NCBI GenBank assembly: GCA_044229845.1
Contig: JBGASG010000004.1
Coordinates: forward strand, 96,001-160,000
DNA length: 64,000 nt
Source of the DNA: Candidatus Obscuribacteraceae bacterium
GTDB taxonomy: Bacteria > Cyanobacteriota > Vampirovibrionia > Obscuribacterales > Obscuribacteraceae
Reading direction: 5' to 3'
A program made the position numbers and the translations under genes. Positions within the stretch are counted from its first letter, which is position 1; the number at the start of each line of letters is the position of its first letter. Under the pieces are notes generated by a model. It was given only the letters and a program-made list of their open reading frames with translations, had not been told where the DNA came from and made no database searches. Positions 61,156-64,000 of this stretch are shown here, piece by piece.

Positions 61156-63771
61156 ATGGCATCTCCTTACAGCCCGCAGGAAATCGAAGAGAAGTGGCAG
61201 TCCGCCTGGGAAGAGGCGGGCATTTATAAAGCCAAGGACAATGACACCAGTCGTCCGAAGTTTTACTCACTCGTCATGTTTCCCTATCCGTCGGGCGACC
61301 TGCACATGGGTCACATGCGGGTGTACACCATCTCTGATGTCATCTCCAGACAACGGCGGATGATGGGTTATAACGTCCTCAATCCTATGGGTTGGGACGC
61401 ATTTGGTCTGCCGGCTGAGAACGCCGCCATCAAGCACAAAAAACATCCGGGCGACTGGACCTCCAACAACATTCGCCACATGCGCGATGCGCAGTTGAAG
61501 AAACTGGGCACCAGCTACGACTGGGAAAGAGAAGTCACAACGTGCAACCCTGACTACTATCACTGGACCCAGTGGATCATTTTGCAGTTGTACAAAGCCG
61601 GTCTGGCTTATCGCAAAAACGCACCAGTCAACTGGTGCCCTTCTTGCGCCACCGTACTGGCTAACGAGCAGGTTGAGAACGGCGCCTGCTGGCGGCATCC
61701 GGAGACGCGTGTCGAGCAGAAGCAGATGGAGCAGTGGTTTTTGAAAATCACCGCCTACGCGGATCAACTGCTGGATGATCTGGAGAAACTGACCGGCTGG
61801 GCGCCGCAAGTGCGCGTCATGCAGCAAAACTGGATCGGCAAGTCGCAAGGCGCCGAGCTTTCCTTCACGGTGGAAAGCAAACCGAATATTCAGATCAAAG
61901 TTTTCACCACGCGCGCCGATACCGTATTTGGTGTCAGCTATCTGGTTCTCGCTCCGGAAAATCCGCTGGTCGCCGAGCTGACCACGCCCGAAAACAAAGC
62001 GGCGGTGGAAGCGTACGTGGAAGAAGCGAAACGCAAGACCGAACTCGATCGCATCACTACCGAAAAAGCAAAGACCGGAGTGCCGCTGGGCACACACGTC
62101 CTCAATCCCTATAACGGCGATATCGTACCGATTTGGGTCTCCGACTATGTGCTGATGTCGTACGGCACCGGCGCGGTCATGGGCGTGCCCGCTCACGATG
62201 AGCGTGATTTTGAGTTTGCCAAGAAATTCCATCTGCCGATCACCGAAGTAATTTCACCGACCGGCGAAGCCAGCGGCGAGCTGAAAGCGGCATTTCTGGA
62301 AGACGGCACGATGGTCAATTCCGGACAGTTCAACGGATTGAAATCCGACGAAGCCCTGCCCAAGATGATCAAATGGGCAGAAGAAAACGGCGTCGGCAAA
62401 GGACGCATTCAATATCGCCTGCGCGACTGGCTGATCAGCCGCCAGCGTTATTGGGGCTGCCCGATCCCCCTGGTGCACTGCGAGCAATGCGGAGTGGTGC
62501 CGGTGCCCGACGACCAGCTGCCGGTGACGCTGCCTCTGGATATCAACTTCACCGGCGAAGGCGGATCGCCGCTTACAAAATTAGATGCTTGGGTCAACAC
62601 CACTTGCCCCAAATGCGGTGGCAAGGCAAAACGCGAAACCGACACGATGGATACATTTATTTGTTCCAGCTGGTATTTCTTCCGTTATGCCGATGCCCGC
62701 AACGACAAGCAAGCCTGGGACACCGCCAAGGTCAATTACTGGATGCCGGTAGACCAGTACGTCGGTGGTATCGAGCATGCCATTTTGCACTTGCTCTATT
62801 CGCGTTTCTTCACCAAAGCTCTGCGCGATATGAAACTCGTGGACTGCGACGAACCCTTCACCAACTTGCTGTCGCAGGGCATGGTGACCAAGTTTTCACC
62901 GCAATCAGGACGCATCGAAAAGATGTCGAAATCGCGGGGCAACGTAGTCGGCACTACCGATTTCTTCCAGCGTTACGGCGCCGATGCCGCACGACTGTTC
63001 ACACTGTTCGCCGCGCCACCTGAGCAAGAACTGGAGTGGTCGGAGGAAGGCGCCACCGGACAATTCCGTTTCTTAGGCCGCATTTGGCGTCTGGTTCAAG
63101 ACCTGGTCGACAAGGGCGTCATCGCGGAAAGCGGCAAGGCCCGCCAGTCTTTCGGAGACGCAGGCATCACCAGCTTCGAGGGTTTCGACTCGCGGGGCAA
63201 AGCCTTGCTGCAAGCGGTGCACCGCACCATAAAAGCGGTCAGCGACGATCTCTCGCAGGAACGGTATCAATTCAACACCGCCATCGCCCGCTGCATGGAG
63301 TTGGTCAACGCGTTATACGCGTACGTAGGCGGTGGCGCCCACGGTGGCGACAGTGACAGCGGCAATGGCGCTGGCGGCAACGGCAGTGACGGCAGCAAAC
63401 GCTTCACCGCCCAGGAGAAGGATCTGCTCTCCTTCGCGGTGCGCAGTTTGTTGTTAGTGCTGGCACCGATGGCACCACACTTGACGGAAGAACTGTGGCA
63501 TCAGGCTGGTTATTCGGACGGCTCCACAGACTCCATACACACACACACCTGGCCGACCTACAAAGCGGAACTGACCATCGCTGATGAAATCGAACTGGTG
63601 CTGCAGGTGAACGGCAAGCTTGTCAGCAAGGTTCTCGCCCAGCGGGGTTTATCAGACCCACAGGCGCAAGAACTGGCACTAGCCGATACGAAAGTGCAAA
63701 AGAAAATCGAAGGGCAATCCGTGCGCAAGGTGATTGTGGTGCGCGACCGCCTGGTCAATGTCGTGGTGTAA
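61156..63771 (+). CDS. leuS: Leucine--tRNA ligase
   Basis: [45 protein letters not shown]. Confidence 0.99.
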   Translation: MASPYSPQEIEEKWQSAWEEAGIYKAKDNDTSRPKFYSLVMFPYPSGDLHMGHMRVYTISDVISRQRRMMGYNVLNPMGWDAFGLPAENAAIKHKKHPGDWTSNNIRHMRDAQLKKLGTSYDWEREVTTCNPDYYHWTQWIILQLYKAGLAYRKNAPVNWCPSCATVLANEQVENGACWRHPETRVEQKQMEQWFLKITAYADQLLDDLEKLTGWAPQVRVMQQNWIGKSQGAELSFTVESKPNIQIKVFTTRADTVFGVSYLVLAPENPLVAELTTPENKAAVEAYVEEAKRKTELDRITTEKAKTGVPLGTHVLNPYNGDIVPIWVSDYVLMSYGTGAVMGVPAHDERDFEFAKKFHLPITEVISPTGEASGELKAAFLEDGTMVNSGQFNGLKSDEALPKMIKWAEENGVGKGRIQYRLRDWLISRQRYWGCPIPLVHCEQCGVVPVPDDQLPVTLPLDINFTGEGGSPLTKLDAWVNTTCPKCGGKAKRETDTMDTFICSSWYFFRYADARNDKQAWDTAKVNYWMPVDQYVGGIEHAILHLLYSRFFTKALRDMKLVDCDEPFTNLLSQGMVTKFSPQSGRIEKMSKSRGNVVGTTDFFQRYGADAARLFTLFAAPPEQELEWSEEGATGQFRFLGRIWRLVQDLVDKGVIAESGKARQSFGDAGITSFEGFDSRGKALLQAVHRTIKAVSDDLSQERYQFNTAIARCMELVNALYAYVGGGAHGGDSDSGNGAGGNGSDGSKRFTAQEKDLLSFAVRSLLLVLAPMAPHLTEELWHQAGYSDGSTDSIHTHTWPTYKAELTIADEIELVLQVNGKLVSKVLAQRGLSDPQAQELALADTKVQKKIEGQSVRKVIVVRDRLVNVVV

Positions 63772-63907
63772 ATCATCAACAGGCATTGCGATTATCTGAC
63801 TTACTTTCAGTTACAAAGAAACTGCATTTGGGTATTCTCAGTTAGAAGGCGGCGATTTAGCGTCGCCCTCTAGTGGTGACTCATCTGACATGAGATAATT
63901 CGGCGTT

Positions 63908-64000
63908 ATGACTGGGATTCGCAAAGCCAAACAAGAAGAATATAAGGAGCAAGCCAAGCAGCCAGCTTTGACTTTGCTGGCGATGATCGGACCGCCCCTT
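63908..64000 (+). CDS. Possible CDS start, 3'-truncated by the window edge
   Basis: ATG 63908 is open to the end of the window (MTGIRKAKQEEY...). Confidence 0.35.
   Translation, partial: MTGIRKAKQEEYKEQAKQPALTLLAMIGPPL

Overview
A GC-rich, gene-dense bacterial chromosome segment. It is probably from a non-photosynthetic cyanobacterial relative (Melainabacteria/Vampirovibrionia, Obscuribacterales-like). This is inferred from cyanobacterial-style rRNA/boxA, tRNAs without encoded CCA, and many Ser/Thr kinase, TPR and MshEN-repeat genes; it was not tested. Contents: about 40 CDS (tyrS, leuS, MFS, SDRs, M48/M15/C2 peptidases, Rieske protein, VIT protein, RES-Xre toxin-antitoxin pair, orphan N6-adenine methyltransferase, YceI and others), three tRNAs, and a tRNA-Ile/tRNA-Ala/23S/5S unit with its own sigma70 promoter and no 16S gene. 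Best leads: (1) a recurring promoter with 11-bp-period pho-box-like direct repeats ending 10 bp before a -10 element, found in front of four scattered signal-peptide-less, effector-like genes, including a 3D+M15 dual peptidoglycan hydrolase; (2) the split rRNA operon; (3) a shared ECF promoter for two secreted proteins; (4) REPIN-like and MITE-like palindromic elements; (5) three stand-alone MshEN-array proteins. All calls come from reading motifs by eye; no searches were run.
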